DNA of 64,000 nucleotides from Kiritimatiellia bacterium (GCA_050949565.1 JBMNFY010000017.1:1120001-1184000), one strand, 5' to 3'. Positions 39,281-50,227 are shown, counted from the stretch's first letter. Notes: generated by a model from the letters alone, not told the origin. Numbers and translations are program-made.

Positions 39281-40213
39281 GTGGCCATGTCTAATCCCGT
39301 AAGAGCCGCATTCATTGAAGAACTGACTAGGCGTTTCGGTGCCCCGCGAAAGCTGGAGTGTTCCCAGTCGTTGTATGAGGTGGGGCGTGATTCAGTCAGG
39401 CTCTACTTTCGTTACTCTAAAAAACATCCTCGCAATCGGACGTTCTTTGGCCTTCGCAAACTAGACCTCCAGGCACTCGAAGGCCACCACGGGGTTCTCT
39501 GTTTCTTCTGGGAAGATCAACGAGATCCATTATTTGTTCCATTTGAGCAGTTCGAAGAAGTTTTCGCGGGGTTGACCCCTGCTAGTGACGGACAGATTAA
39601 GGCCCAAGTATACGATCAAATTGGCGGTACCGAACTGTACTTGGCGAATGCAGGCAGATTCAATGTCGAGAGTTTTATGGGATGGGATTTCTTAGAATCC
39701 ATGATTCGGCCTGCTGACACAACGATTCCCGATCTTACCCATAGTCAGGTTCAAACACTTCTTGGCGGAATTGGAGTGGCCAAGGGTTTTGATGTTTGGA
39801 TACCGCCGAACGACAGGGCCGGTCTCGACTGGAATCTGACGCCACGTTTTCGTCCAGTAACGGTTCTTCCGTCTGCTCTCACAACAGTCAAAGAGATCGC
39901 AGAGGAGATTGATGTGATTTGGATAGATCGCGGTGGTGGTACGCCTGCGGCTCTTTATGAGGTGGAGCACTCAACGCCTGTCTACTCAGGACTACTTCGT
40001 TTCAATGATGTTCATCTTGAGGCTCCCAATTTCAATCTTCGATTCGGTATCGTTTCTAACGATAGCCGTCGGGCTCTTTTTGTTAGGCAACTTGCCCGAC
40101 CGACATTTAAAGCCAGCGGTTTGAGGGAGATTTGCACTTTTTTTGAGTACCGGAACGTGTTCGGCTGGCATCAACGTATGCGCGCTGGAGGGCAGGTACA
40201 TGGCCAAGGATAA
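39281..40213 (+). CDS. hypothetical protein with a putative PD-(D/E)xK-like nuclease C-terminal domain
   Basis: HSQVQTLL..G..KGFDVWIPPNDR and IDVIW..YEVEHSTPVYSGLLRFND; low GC; next to a restriction endonuclease remnant. Confidence 0.6.
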   Translation: MAMSNPVRAAFIEELTRRFGAPRKLECSQSLYEVGRDSVRLYFRYSKKHPRNRTFFGLRKLDLQALEGHHGVLCFFWEDQRDPLFVPFEQFEEVFAGLTPASDGQIKAQVYDQIGGTELYLANAGRFNVESFMGWDFLESMIRPADTTIPDLTHSQVQTLLGGIGVAKGFDVWIPPNDRAGLDWNLTPRFRPVTVLPSALTTVKEIAEEIDVIWIDRGGGTPAALYEVEHSTPVYSGLLRFNDVHLEAPNFNLRFGIVSNDSRRALFVRQLARPTFKASGLREICTFFEYRNVFGWHQRMRAGGQVHGQG

Positions 40214-40403
40214 CTGTGAGAAGATTTGGGTTGCCGTGCGAGTTCAACGTGGTTTCGTAGCTGATGTAAGAGCGTATCGTGACCTTGCGGCAGCCCGTCG
40301 TACAATACGTCGGTGGCGGCAACGAATGAACCCAGATTATGATGAAACCGGACTTTCATCTGTTGTCCTGAACCCGCGCCGTTGCCCGACGTCGACTACT
40401 TGA
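40200..40403 (+). CDS. small hypothetical protein (67 aa)
   Basis: ATG with a GGAGGG RBS, overlapping the end of the upstream gene. Confidence 0.45.
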   Translation: MAKDNCEKIWVAVRVQRGFVADVRAYRDLAAARRTIRRWRQRMNPDYDETGLSSVVLNPRRCPTSTT

Positions 40404-40753
40404 TTCGGAAGACACTTACCATGTCGGCCAAAGAGCAGAAGAAGGAAATTGAGGAGGCAGGCGAGGAGCCGATACTCAGTTATAATCAGACCGATTTCGT
40501 GAAGGATCGTGTGGCCGTTGAGGTGCAATTCGGCAAATATTCGTTTGTGGCATACGATCTTTTTGTCAAGCACCTGGCCTTTTTCGTCCGCGATCAAATT
40601 GACGTCGGAATTGAGATACTGCCCATGAAGTCACTTCAAAAACATATGAGTTCTGGCGTGGCTTACTACGAAGGCGAGTTTTACAATATCGTCAGGCAGG
40701 GTCGTGGTGTCCCGTCGGTTCCGCTTGTCATACTGGGCATTGATGCCCAATAA
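40394..40753 (+). pseudogene. BglII/BstYI family type II restriction endonuclease, N-terminally truncated
   Basis: SYNQTDFVKDRVAVEVQFGKY (E-x-Q motif), DVGIEILP, PLVILGI; only about 120 aa and no good start. Confidence 0.75.
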
Positions 40754-40906
40754 AAGGCACTCCAGTGCTTTATAGCTCGCCAAGTGCGATAAAAACGGAA
40801 TTGCTTTCGCCCTTATCCTTGGGGTTGCGGACTTCGTCCGCGTTGGGAGCTAGGAGCATTGGAGTCGGCACGTCAACTTTCAACTAGGGCTCTTGCAAAA
40901 TCCCTC

Positions 40907-40955
40907 GTGGCATGGGCGTCCCGCCCATGAAACATAGGCAAGATGCCCGTGCCAC
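40907..40955. repeat. REP-like inverted doublet (family D)
   Basis: GTGGCATGGGCGTCCCGCCCATG..CATAGGCAAGATGCCCGTGCCAC between convergent genes. Confidence 0.65.
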
Positions 40956-40979
40956 ACCTGCAAGCAACTCTCAACCAGC

Positions 40980-42794
40980 CTACCACGCATAAGTGAGCGA
41001 TGCATAAAATCGGCGGCCGGCGGGTTCTTGGCCGGGATAAAGTTGAAAGTCGTCGTCCAGCAGATTGCTGACGCCCGCGTTGAGGGTGGCGCGCTCGGTG
41101 GCGGGTACGCGCCACTGCAGTTCGGCACCGGTATCGAAAAACCAGTCGTCATGGGCGCGCGCACGGTTGCTGGCATAGTTCGAGACACCTTGCCTGACAC
41201 GCACTGAAAGGTCGCGCGAGAAACGGTGCCGCACGCTCACCCCCGCCTCGGCATTCGGATAGTCCATCGCGTAGCGGCTGGCGTGGAAGTCGGTGTCGCA
41301 CCGCTTTGACAGGGCGAGTAAATCAACCCCGACGCCGGTATCGGCCGTAAGATCCAAGTGCGCTTCTGCCGTGCCGCCCCAGGTCTTGATGTCGTCCAGA
41401 TTGACCGCTTCCCAGCGTCCGCCCGGATTGCGTTTGAGCCAGTCCACGATGTTCGCGCCGCGTTCATGAAATAGGGCCGTGCGCCACGTCAGCCTTTCGG
41501 TCTGACCTTTCCAGCCGACCTCTGCCGTGCGCGTGCGCTGACGTTTCAGGCCGGCATGACCGAGTGACGACGGAGATTCGTAGTTCAACTCGGTGTAGGA
41601 GGGTTGCCGGACGGCTTCGGTGTAGGAGAGGAAAAGGATGTGCGTGTCTGAAACCATCCATTCGACGCCCGCCGCAGGCAACCAGGCGGCCGAATCGCTG
41701 GAGAAGAGATCCAGCGAACCTCCCGCCGTCCAGACGAAAGGCCCCGTGGTGAGATTCGGCAAGGCGGCGAACGCGGCGTGGCTGCGCGTGTGGTCGCCGA
41801 GCGACGAGCTGTCGATCGTCTCCAAGTCGGCGTCGGCGCGCAGGTCGACAGAGAATGTCTCATTGAAGGTCCGGCGTGTGTCGCCATGGATCGCCAGAAA
41901 ATCGGTGGTGTGGTCGTTCTCGAAGAAAGAGTGCCGGTGACGATCCAGCCAGTAGGTGTCGTCGGTACGCGACCAGGCGGCCGAGAGACGGGCGGGTTGA
42001 AGCGGATCTTCCGTGAAGCGCAACGTCCCCGCGAGAAGGGCGTCCGATCTACGCTCCTCGGCAGGGTATTTGCGGTCAGTGCCGTAAAAGCCGCGCGCGC
42101 CGAATTCGCGCCAAGAGAGGGCGGTGATGAGGTCGCCCTGCAGGGCGTCGCTCGCGGCACCGACGCGGGCGCCGGCAGCGACGCGCATCAGATCATTGTC
42201 GCTTTCGCCGTCGGTCTGGTCGGCATGGTCGAATAAAAGGAACGACGAAACACCGGCCGTCGCGCCGCCGTCGAGCGTACCGGTCTCGGTGGCCAGCACG
42301 TTGCCGAAGAGGACGCCTTTATTCCCCGCGCCCGCCGTGATGACGCGCTGGCGTTCACGGATAGGGGCAAGGTTCAGACTGACCGAACCGGATGGATGGC
42401 CCGGTGCAGTACGGAAGCGGTCGAGCCCGGTCAGGACTGTGGGCGTGTCGAACCAGACATCCGGCGCGGGCATGTCGGCATGCCAGTGCTCGGTCTGGGC
42501 GTTGCGCAGGGTGAGGCCATTGAGCAGCAGGCCCGTGCTGTTGAAGGGGCTGCCGCGCACCGAGAGATCGGCCTGCGGGCTGCCCGCGCCTTGGTCGCGA
42601 ACCGTCAGGCCAGGAACCTCTTTGAGAAGTGAGGGGCCGGGACGCACGACAGGAGAGAGCGGTGTGGCCTCAACGTGAATCACCCAATTGGTGTCCGGCG
42701 GCACGGGCGTGGTCTGTGCATCGGCAACGTCGGCGCACAGTAGGGACGCAATCAGAAGACCGCAGGATAGGCAGTGACGGCACAGAACTTTCAT
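40980..42794 (-). CDS. TonB-dependent receptor
   Basis: Plug LKEVPGL..QADLSVRGS..LLLNG; C-terminal GVSNLLD..GRRFYASLTYAW. Confidence 0.88.
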   Translation of the reverse strand: MKVLCRHCLSCGLLIASLLCADVADAQTTPVPPDTNWVIHVEATPLSPVVRPGPSLLKEVPGLTVRDQGAGSPQADLSVRGSPFNSTGLLLNGLTLRNAQTEHWHADMPAPDVWFDTPTVLTGLDRFRTAPGHPSGSVSLNLAPIRERQRVITAGAGNKGVLFGNVLATETGTLDGGATAGVSSFLLFDHADQTDGESDNDLMRVAAGARVGAASDALQGDLITALSWREFGARGFYGTDRKYPAEERRSDALLAGTLRFTEDPLQPARLSAAWSRTDDTYWLDRHRHSFFENDHTTDFLAIHGDTRRTFNETFSVDLRADADLETIDSSSLGDHTRSHAAFAALPNLTTGPFVWTAGGSLDLFSSDSAAWLPAAGVEWMVSDTHILFLSYTEAVRQPSYTELNYESPSSLGHAGLKRQRTRTAEVGWKGQTERLTWRTALFHERGANIVDWLKRNPGGRWEAVNLDDIKTWGGTAEAHLDLTADTGVGVDLLALSKRCDTDFHASRYAMDYPNAEAGVSVRHRFSRDLSVRVRQGVSNYASNRARAHDDWFFDTGAELQWRVPATERATLNAGVSNLLDDDFQLYPGQEPAGRRFYASLTYAW

Positions 42795-43075
42795 GAGGCG
42801 GGTCAGCGTAGCGTGTCCCGCCGTGATTGTCAATCGGCTCAACCTAAAAAGTAGCCTATTTTTTCGCTTTCTCGATCCCGAATTCGAGCGGCGCATAAAC
42901 GTTGTGCCGCCGCGTACGGCGCGGTAGCACTGGGCAAGTGTCTGCTTACTAAACCTGCGGTGACAAGGGCCGCGCTATGCGCGGGAACAACTCTTAGTCC
43001 TCACTCTTAGTCGAATACACTAACCGATTACCTTGCCTCGCGCCCCCGAGGTGCATTATAGTGGAACCACTTTTT

Positions 43076-43750
43076 ATGTGCGATTCTGACAGAACAGACG
43101 AGCGGCCTTCCCGACAGATCCGGCATGTGATATGGGATTGGAACGGAACCTTGCTGGACGATACCCAAGCGGGGGTCAACGCGGTGAACGGCATGTTGCG
43201 CACGCGCGGCCTGCCGCTATTGGATGTCGCGCGTTACCGCGACATCTTCGGCTTTCCGGTCCGACACTTTTATGAGGCCGTCGGTTTTCAGCTTGAACGC
43301 GAAGACTGGGACGCGATGGCGCGCGAGTTCCACGACCTGTTTCTGGCTGAGCCTGACCTCCGGCTACACCGGGAGGCCACCAACGCGCTCCAGCATTTTT
43401 CCGCCGCAGGGGTCGGCCAGTCGATTCTCTCGGCATCGGAGCAGACCATCCTCGAACGCATGCTGGCAACGTTCGGCATCCAGCATCACTTCACGCACAT
43501 CTGCGGCGTAGACAACCTGTACGGACAGTCGAAACTCGACCTAGGGCGCGCGTTGCTTGCGCGAATTGAGGTCCCTTGTCCGCAGATCCTACTCATCGGC
43601 GATTCGCTACATGACCACGAAGTCGCGGAAGCGCTCAGCGTCCGCTGCCTGCTCATCTCGCAGGGCCATCAATCCCATGCGCGTCTCGCGCAGTGCGGCG
43701 CCCCGGTCTTGCACTGCCTGTCAGACCTGCACGACTGGTTAACGCAGTAA
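43076..43750 (+). CDS. HAD family phosphatase (phosphoglycolate phosphatase-like)
   Basis: WDWNGTLLDD, ILSAS, K, IGDSLHD. Confidence 0.88.
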   Translation: MCDSDRTDERPSRQIRHVIWDWNGTLLDDTQAGVNAVNGMLRTRGLPLLDVARYRDIFGFPVRHFYEAVGFQLEREDWDAMAREFHDLFLAEPDLRLHREATNALQHFSAAGVGQSILSASEQTILERMLATFGIQHHFTHICGVDNLYGQSKLDLGRALLARIEVPCPQILLIGDSLHDHEVAEALSVRCLLISQGHQSHARLAQCGAPVLHCLSDLHDWLTQ

Positions 43751-43754
43751 GTCA

Positions 43755-44879
43755 CTACTTCTGCAAGCGTTCCACCGCATCCACGGCCTTCTGCACCTCT
43801 TTCTCAGCCATAACCTCAGGTCGGCTGGCTTGCTCTTTGAGCTTGTTACCGTAGGAGATCACACAGAAAGAGACCAACAGCGTCACGATGCCCAGCCCTA
43901 GCAGGGTCTTGGTCTTGGTGCCCACGCCCCGCCATTCGCCCAGCAGGATTCCTACCAGAGAACTGAAGAAAATCGACGAGCCCATCACAATCGCAAACCC
44001 GATATACGCCATGTCGCCCATCGCGGGTTCACCAACCTTCTGGCAGACAAACTGCATCGCCCAGATCACGCCGGCCAAGCCCGCGAAAAAGATGTTGGAC
44101 ACAACCAACGAGCCACCCTTGGAGTAATCACCAAACGTCCGGTTTTTGGCGTTTTGCGTCAGGCACCACGCGGCGTTAACCACAAAGCCGCCCAGCAGCA
44201 CCACGACCAGCACCGGTATCCCCTGCCAAGTCGAGAGCGTGCCGCCACGCACCGCCGCCTCCTGCAACACATCGCCGCTCTGCAAGCCGAAGTTCATCCC
44301 CGCGCTCGCAATACCCGAAAACAGAGCGACGAGCATACCCTTCTTGAAATCAAACTCGGCAACCGCGCGCTTCTTCTCCTCTTCCGACAACTCGCTCTCT
44401 TTGGCCTTTCCGGCCAGTCCCACCAGCGCAATACCCGCCAAAGAGCCAAACACGCCCAGTAGCACCACAATGGAGCCGGTATCCTTAACCAAGTCAGCCG
44501 CCTTGCCGGCCACAATCGGTGGAATCAGCGTACCGGTCGCCGAGCAGAGCCCGCAGCCAATAGCCAAGCCAAGGCCGATTCCCAGATAGCGGATCATCAA
44601 GCCCCAAGTCAGGCCACCCAGCCCCCACAGCGCACCGAAGCCAGCACAGCGCACCAGTACCCCGGCGGGGGCTTCCGTCAGAACCTCTTTCAGGTTCGGC
44701 ACAGTTAATAGCGCCAACGCCCACGGAAAGAGCACCAGACCAAAAATCGCATAAAAAAGCCAATAGCTTTCGTACGCCCAATTTTTGACACGCTTAAAAG
44801 GCAGTGCAAAGACCGCCCCGGCCAACCCACCACAGGCAAAAAGAATCATCCCCACGGCAGGATTCGTCGTATCCAACAT
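43755..44879 (-). CDS. rhaT: L-rhamnose/proton symporter RhaT family
   Basis: PFKRVKNWAYESYW, GALWGLGGLTWGL..RYLG, GILLGEW. Confidence 0.88.
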   Translation of the reverse strand: MLDTTNPAVGMILFACGGLAGAVFALPFKRVKNWAYESYWLFYAIFGLVLFPWALALLTVPNLKEVLTEAPAGVLVRCAGFGALWGLGGLTWGLMIRYLGIGLGLAIGCGLCSATGTLIPPIVAGKAADLVKDTGSIVVLLGVFGSLAGIALVGLAGKAKESELSEEEKKRAVAEFDFKKGMLVALFSGIASAGMNFGLQSGDVLQEAAVRGGTLSTWQGIPVLVVVLLGGFVVNAAWCLTQNAKNRTFGDYSKGGSLVVSNIFFAGLAGVIWAMQFVCQKVGEPAMGDMAYIGFAIVMGSSIFFSSLVGILLGEWRGVGTKTKTLLGLGIVTLLVSFCVISYGNKLKEQASRPEVMAEKEVQKAVDAVERLQK

Positions 44880-44989
44880 GATGCGCCCCCTTCATTGTGT
44901 GAAACCCGGTTTACGCTGTCCCAACGATAACACGCAGCAAGTGTCCGCAATGATACGGAGGTCCGGGTGAAAAGGGAAGGGCAAAGTGT

Positions 44990-47071
44990 CTACTTCTGGA
45001 GCAAAACACCTTGATGTCCGCAAGGGACCACGACCTTCCCTTTGTGGAACGCGGCGATGTCGGGATTACCCGATACATTCCAGTGCGCGAGAAGTTCCGG
45101 GCGATCCAAATCGGCAAAATCATAGAGTGCCACCGTACGATAGATCCGGCTCGTCTTCACGACGCGCGTACTTTCCGGGTCTTTGCGCGGGATGCCATTA
45201 GAGGCCGGCCCCGGCAGACGCTTGACCGTCCACTGTGCGTGGTCGGGGGGATCGCCCTCGTTGGGCGACAGGAACAGATACCCTGCGTTGGAGGTGACCA
45301 ACGCGCGGTTTTCGTCGAATCGGCAGATGCCGTTCGACAAGGTGATGCGATTGTATTTCGTCGTACAGGAGACGCGCGGTTGCGGCGACGCCAACATGTC
45401 CAACCAGACGATATTTTGATGAGCATTGTTGTACGCGATGTACCGGCCATTCCCGATCGGCGCGTCCATCAGATACTTGTCCCAACCCGGACACGACCCA
45501 AAGCCGAGCACCACTTTCGGATGCGCCAGATCAGAAATATCGTAAAGCCGGCATCCGCCGTTACGGGACGAAAACACCGCGTAATTCGCATTTATCGGCC
45601 AGACGCAGAGTGCCACCGTCTGCGCGGAACTGAGTTGCGGCACCCTTCCAATCTCGCGGAACTTCGTCGGACCTTCTAATTCGTAAACCCCGTAGCCGTC
45701 CTCGCCTTCCGCCGTATAGAGACGCGTCCCCGCAACCTGCACGTCGAAGACACGCGACGGCCCCGCGAGTTCACCGATTTTCTTGAAGCCGCCTGCGGAC
45801 TGAATTTCAAGCACATGCAATCCCGCATCACCACACGCGGCGTATACCACGTCGCCCGTCACGGCCACCGCACGCGCCTGTCCCGGCACCGACGGCTTCC
45901 AGACCCAAAACGCCTTCTCGTCCGTGGGATAGTCCTCCCGATACGACACGTTCGCGGGTGGCGCGACCTGCGCGAACGTCTCCCGCGCCGCGCCTTTCGC
46001 AGGCAACACCACGAGTCCGCAGCCCATGCCCCCCACGTACACGCAGCCATCGCCCACGGCCACGGACGCGATACAGCAACTCGGCCACTCCGGTTTTTTC
46101 GCCACGGGCGACAGCCAGCGGTCAACCACCTTCGGCTGCGCGGGATCGGCACAATCGACGGCGAAGAGACCGTTGTGGGTGGCGGCGCAAAACACGATGT
46201 CGGAATTCGCGCTCGTACGTGCCGTCCACATGTCAAGCCCGCGCTCATAGAACGGCGGATAATCCACGCGTCCGAGACGGCGAGGCTTCGTGGGATCGGA
46301 GACATCAAAAATGTCCAGGCCATGCCCGCAGCCCGCCCCCGGTTTCACCGCATTCCGGAAGCGCAACTCGTCCGAATCGAACGCTGGCAGTTTCGACACA
46401 TCGCGGTTCTTCGCGTGATGCCCGGTCGCCGCGTAAAGACGCGTTCCCTTGAGCCACACGCCGTCGCCGTAACCGTAGAGGTCTTCGTACGCGACGCGCC
46501 GAATGTCGCGCAGGTCGCGCACATCGAACACCGTCAGTTTGCCCGACCCCCAGTCACCCGAATAGAGGTATCCGTCCTTGTACTTGACGCTCTGTGACTC
46601 ATCCGTCTTGCGCATCGCGATATGTTGCGGATGATCGGGATCAGAGACATCGATGAACTCTACCCCGTTCTGGCGCTGACCGAGAAATACGACATCGCCG
46701 GCCACATCAACACCGGTCGCGAGTTCACAGCAGTCGAAACGCGAACGGACACGCGGGTGCGCGGGATCCGTGGCATCCACAATCCACAGCCCCGCCTCAC
46801 GCGCGGAGACATACGCCATGCCATTATGGACGGCGATTTGCCGTACCCCACCGAGCCCCGCCACCTGTCCGAGCAACTTCGGCTCCAGCGGCTTCTGAAC
46901 GTCGAACACATAAAAGTTAGGGCCTCCGCCAACGTATAAGCGCTCACCGTCCAAGCACACCGCCATGATGCGTTCAGACGTCCCCGCCACCGTGCGGGGT
47001 ACCCCGAACACGCCATCACCCACTGCGGTAAGCGCGGCACAACACAACGCAAATGCAATCGTCGTTTTCAT
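44990..47071 (-). CDS. secreted LVIVD-repeat beta-propeller protein
   Basis: Signal peptide; repeated GLWIVDATDP, GVEFIDVSDP and GLDIFDVSDP. Confidence 0.8.
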   Translation of the reverse strand: MKTTIAFALCCAALTAVGDGVFGVPRTVAGTSERIMAVCLDGERLYVGGGPNFYVFDVQKPLEPKLLGQVAGLGGVRQIAVHNGMAYVSAREAGLWIVDATDPAHPRVRSRFDCCELATGVDVAGDVVFLGQRQNGVEFIDVSDPDHPQHIAMRKTDESQSVKYKDGYLYSGDWGSGKLTVFDVRDLRDIRRVAYEDLYGYGDGVWLKGTRLYAATGHHAKNRDVSKLPAFDSDELRFRNAVKPGAGCGHGLDIFDVSDPTKPRRLGRVDYPPFYERGLDMWTARTSANSDIVFCAATHNGLFAVDCADPAQPKVVDRWLSPVAKKPEWPSCCIASVAVGDGCVYVGGMGCGLVVLPAKGAARETFAQVAPPANVSYREDYPTDEKAFWVWKPSVPGQARAVAVTGDVVYAACGDAGLHVLEIQSAGGFKKIGELAGPSRVFDVQVAGTRLYTAEGEDGYGVYELEGPTKFREIGRVPQLSSAQTVALCVWPINANYAVFSSRNGGCRLYDISDLAHPKVVLGFGSCPGWDKYLMDAPIGNGRYIAYNNAHQNIVWLDMLASPQPRVSCTTKYNRITLSNGICRFDENRALVTSNAGYLFLSPNEGDPPDHAQWTVKRLPGPASNGIPRKDPESTRVVKTSRIYRTVALYDFADLDRPELLAHWNVSGNPDIAAFHKGKVVVPCGHQGVLLQK

Positions 47072-48918
47072 CTTTTCCCCAACAATTTAAAGTCTTTCAC
47101 GGGTACCATCACGCCATCAACCGTGAACGGTTGCGCGGTGCGGTTCACCACGATCGCCTCGCCGTTCGCGTAATCGACGCGCACAACGTCGGGCGCGATC
47201 TCGCGGTGGCTCACCATCTCCTCGGTCATCAGGTGGCGCAACCCCTTGAATTGCTGCCACGCCTTCACGACGCCGTTGAAGTTGCCCTTGCCAATACCGT
47301 AGAAGATCGGTCGCCCGCCATATTCCACAAGAAGAAGGTTATGATCCTGATCAAGAACCTCTTGCGTGATCTTGTCGGGATTGGATAGAACAACGTCGTG
47401 AAACGCGAGTTCGAAGAACGGCACGAAACGGTCCACCTGTTTGGCGTACGCCTTGGGGCTTTTGGCCTGACGTTTCGCACGCATCGGCGCACACACGTAA
47501 TTGATGTAATCAACATAGCCGAGCATGTGATCCATACAGCACTCGCTCGCGAAGCCGCCAAAAAGCTCGTGGCAACGCTTCGCCACCTCGATCTGTACCA
47601 ACATCTGCTCCTTCTTATTCGCGGGGTGCTGTGGGTTACAGCAACGATAGGGTTGCACAGCCGAGAAGACATCGACATAGTGGCAGCCGCGAAAACCGAG
47701 CTTGGATATTTTTTCGAGATCGCCGGGAAGGAACGTCTCCCAGGCATTTTTCAAACACAGGTTGTACGCCTTGCCACCGCTCCAGACACCATTGAACTCG
47801 CGCGTGCCCTTCGGGCTGAGGCAGGCGATGTTGCCGTTGTCCCATAGCGGCGAGCAGGTGAAGCAGTCGGTGTAGTTCGAATGTCCGTCGATAATGTAGC
47901 CAAGCGCGCGGCCACCCTCACAGAGGCGGCGGATGCCCGCCTCGCCACCCGGCCCCTCCTCCAAAGGGAACGTCGCGGGGCAACGTCCGTCGTAGCCGCC
48001 CGTCTGCCAACCCGCCACACAAAGCGCCACATTCTCGACGCCCGCCTCCTTGAGTTGCTTCAGATAACTCAGCGTCTCGTCGTATGTGCGGTGCGTCCGA
48101 ATGGGCGGCTCCGTCTCCGGCGTGAAGTCGGTCTTGTTCTTGGGATCCCACGGTTTTGAGGCATGCGACTGGCGGAGGGCAATCGAGTCCGCGAGCGTCT
48201 GGAGTTCAGGCCGCTCCTTGATGCGTTCCTTGAGCGTACGCACGGCAGGATCGTGCGCGAACTTGTAGCTGCGGTAGACCTTCGCCATTTCGTTGTAGTC
48301 CGCCTCCTGCGGCAGCCGGTAGAAGATCACCGTCATGTCCTCATAGGGCGGGAAACCGATCTCGGCAATGTTCCAAGAGGGGTACATTGCATAGTCGCCG
48401 TTCTCCGCCTTGAGGAAGAGGTCGTGCTCGAAACGCATGCCCTCCATGATCGCGATGAACGTGTCGCGCGGTGTTTTCATCGCATAATACGGCATGTAGA
48501 TCCAGCCGCGGTGGGCCATCCACACCAGCGAGTCCTTGTTGAAATCGAAGACAAGTCCGCGCTGAGAAAGCGCAAAGCCAGCCTCGTCCTTCTTCGCCGT
48601 CGCGATCGGGCTCCTCACCTCCACGGCCATCACACCCGGCACGAGATCGGAGCGCTTCACTGTGAACGCCACACCGCCGTCCGCGCGCGCCACAGGCACG
48701 AGATCGAACTCCTTCACAATAGCATTCTTCTCGCCACGCATCACAGCCCGCGCCGTTATGGGGCGCGGTGCGAGCGTCGGCATCGGCGGCAAAACTCGCC
48801 CGGGGGATTCAGCGCTGCGCACCCCCATGACTCCCCCGAACAAAACCAACAGGCAAAACGACAGGCACCATGCTGTCCGTGCAGACAGCCTAACCATACT
48901 CCGAGTGTGCACAAGCAA
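47068..48918 (-). CDS. DUF5696-like (GH101/GH129-type barrel) secreted glycoside hydrolase
   Basis: DYNEMAKVYR, GWQTGGYD, HSNYTD, HYVDVFS, VPFFELAFHD; start uncertain. Confidence 0.65.
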   Translation of the reverse strand: MLVHTRSMVRLSARTAWCLSFCLLVLFGGVMGVRSAESPGRVLPPMPTLAPRPITARAVMRGEKNAIVKEFDLVPVARADGGVAFTVKRSDLVPGVMAVEVRSPIATAKKDEAGFALSQRGLVFDFNKDSLVWMAHRGWIYMPYYAMKTPRDTFIAIMEGMRFEHDLFLKAENGDYAMYPSWNIAEIGFPPYEDMTVIFYRLPQEADYNEMAKVYRSYKFAHDPAVRTLKERIKERPELQTLADSIALRQSHASKPWDPKNKTDFTPETEPPIRTHRTYDETLSYLKQLKEAGVENVALCVAGWQTGGYDGRCPATFPLEEGPGGEAGIRRLCEGGRALGYIIDGHSNYTDCFTCSPLWDNGNIACLSPKGTREFNGVWSGGKAYNLCLKNAWETFLPGDLEKISKLGFRGCHYVDVFSAVQPYRCCNPQHPANKKEQMLVQIEVAKRCHELFGGFASECCMDHMLGYVDYINYVCAPMRAKRQAKSPKAYAKQVDRFVPFFELAFHDVVLSNPDKITQEVLDQDHNLLLVEYGGRPIFYGIGKGNFNGVVKAWQQFKGLRHLMTEEMVSHREIAPDVVRVDYANGEAIVVNRTAQPFTVDGVMVPVKDFKLLGKR

Positions 48919-48944
48919 TCCCCCCTTCAGAATGTACTAGCCCA

Positions 48945-50042
48945 CTAGCTCACCGGACAGCCCGACATGAGCGAGAGAAGGCGCATGCGGCATTCGTAAC
49001 CTTGCCACCAGTCGCCGGTGCGGTTCGTCATCACAATGCCCGAATATTTGTTCACAGGATCGACCGCGATCGTGATGCCCGTGTGTCCACCATGCTCAAT
49101 AGTAGAGCTGCTCCATCCGTTCGGCACGATCTTGGGGCTCATGTCCCAGCCGAAACTGCGCCGCGAATCGTCTTTCTCGAAGCAAGGCGTGAAGAGGAGA
49201 TCATAGTACGCCGTCTTGAAATGCTTACGGTGCAGCAGGTCGTCCGCGAAAAGCAACATGTCGGAAATGGATGAGAACGTCGCGCCATTGCCCGTCGCGC
49301 TTGGATAACTACGTGCCTGTTCGTCACTACGCATGCCGATCGCGGGCCGGTTGTTTGTGAACACTTGGACGGCACGCGGATGACCGGGAATGTCGTGCCA
49401 GTAAGTGTCCTTCATGCCCAGCGGCTCCCACAGCATCTTTTTCGCCGCTGCTTCGAGCTCCAGTCCCGTAAGACGCTCCACAATCTTGCCGAGATAGATG
49501 AAGTTTGAACACGCGTACTCATATTTGATGCCGCGTGCCCGCACCGGACGCTTCTTAAAGAGCGCCGCATCGAAAGCGGCGGCATCCGGCTCCTTAAGGA
49601 TATAGGGCTTGGAGTTGTCGAACCCACCGATATGCATCGCGAGGTCACGCACCGTGATGGCACAGCTCTCCTTTGCGAGGATGTGCTCAGGCAAGTATTT
49701 CGTGAACGGTGCGTCAAGCTCCAGCTTGCCATCCGCCACAAGCATCGCGCAGAGACTTGTCGTGAAGGTCTTGCCCACACTCGCGAGGTCGAAAAGCGAA
49801 TCGGGCGTCATCGGCGTGACAGTAGGATGACGCGTGCGGTCGCCCACGGCATAGATAGGACCGCCCACGAGTCCGCACACGCCGCCCGCAATCTGCTTCG
49901 CGGCTATCTGGCGTTTCAACTCCTCCTCGACGGCGGGATTGCGCGGCTGTTTTGCCAAACCCCTGCCTACCGCCAAGAAGGCAGCCGAACCCAAGACAAA
50001 GTCCCGGCGTGTAACCGAAAGGATAGATTCGCGTGTTTTCAT
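48945..50042 (-). CDS. serine hydrolase, beta-lactamase family, Tat signal
   Basis: RRDFV leader; SVGK (SxxK), YEYACSN, LGMKDT, HGGHTG. Confidence 0.85.
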   Translation of the reverse strand: MKTRESILSVTRRDFVLGSAAFLAVGRGLAKQPRNPAVEEELKRQIAAKQIAGGVCGLVGGPIYAVGDRTRHPTVTPMTPDSLFDLASVGKTFTTSLCAMLVADGKLELDAPFTKYLPEHILAKESCAITVRDLAMHIGGFDNSKPYILKEPDAAAFDAALFKKRPVRARGIKYEYACSNFIYLGKIVERLTGLELEAAAKKMLWEPLGMKDTYWHDIPGHPRAVQVFTNNRPAIGMRSDEQARSYPSATGNGATFSSISDMLLFADDLLHRKHFKTAYYDLLFTPCFEKDDSRRSFGWDMSPKIVPNGWSSSTIEHGGHTGITIAVDPVNKYSGIVMTNRTGDWWQGYECRMRLLSLMSGCPVS

Positions 50043-50227
50043 TTTTAGACTCCTCGTAGCGGGGGGCTACCGGTACTGCCGGTACTGCGGGTCCTGTGGG
50101 CGGCGTTCACGCCGCCGGTCAAGCAGACGCTTGCCCCTCCCGGCGCTCCGCGAGCCGCAGACGGGCGGGCGCCCGTCTCACGTCTCCCGTCTCTCGTCAT
50201 CCATCCGGCCGGCTGCGCCGCCCGTCC

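Noticed and set aside
40884-40904. IS terminal inverted repeat (CTAGGGCTCTTGCAAAATCCC)
   Set aside because: No partner end or transposase was found; too short to support.
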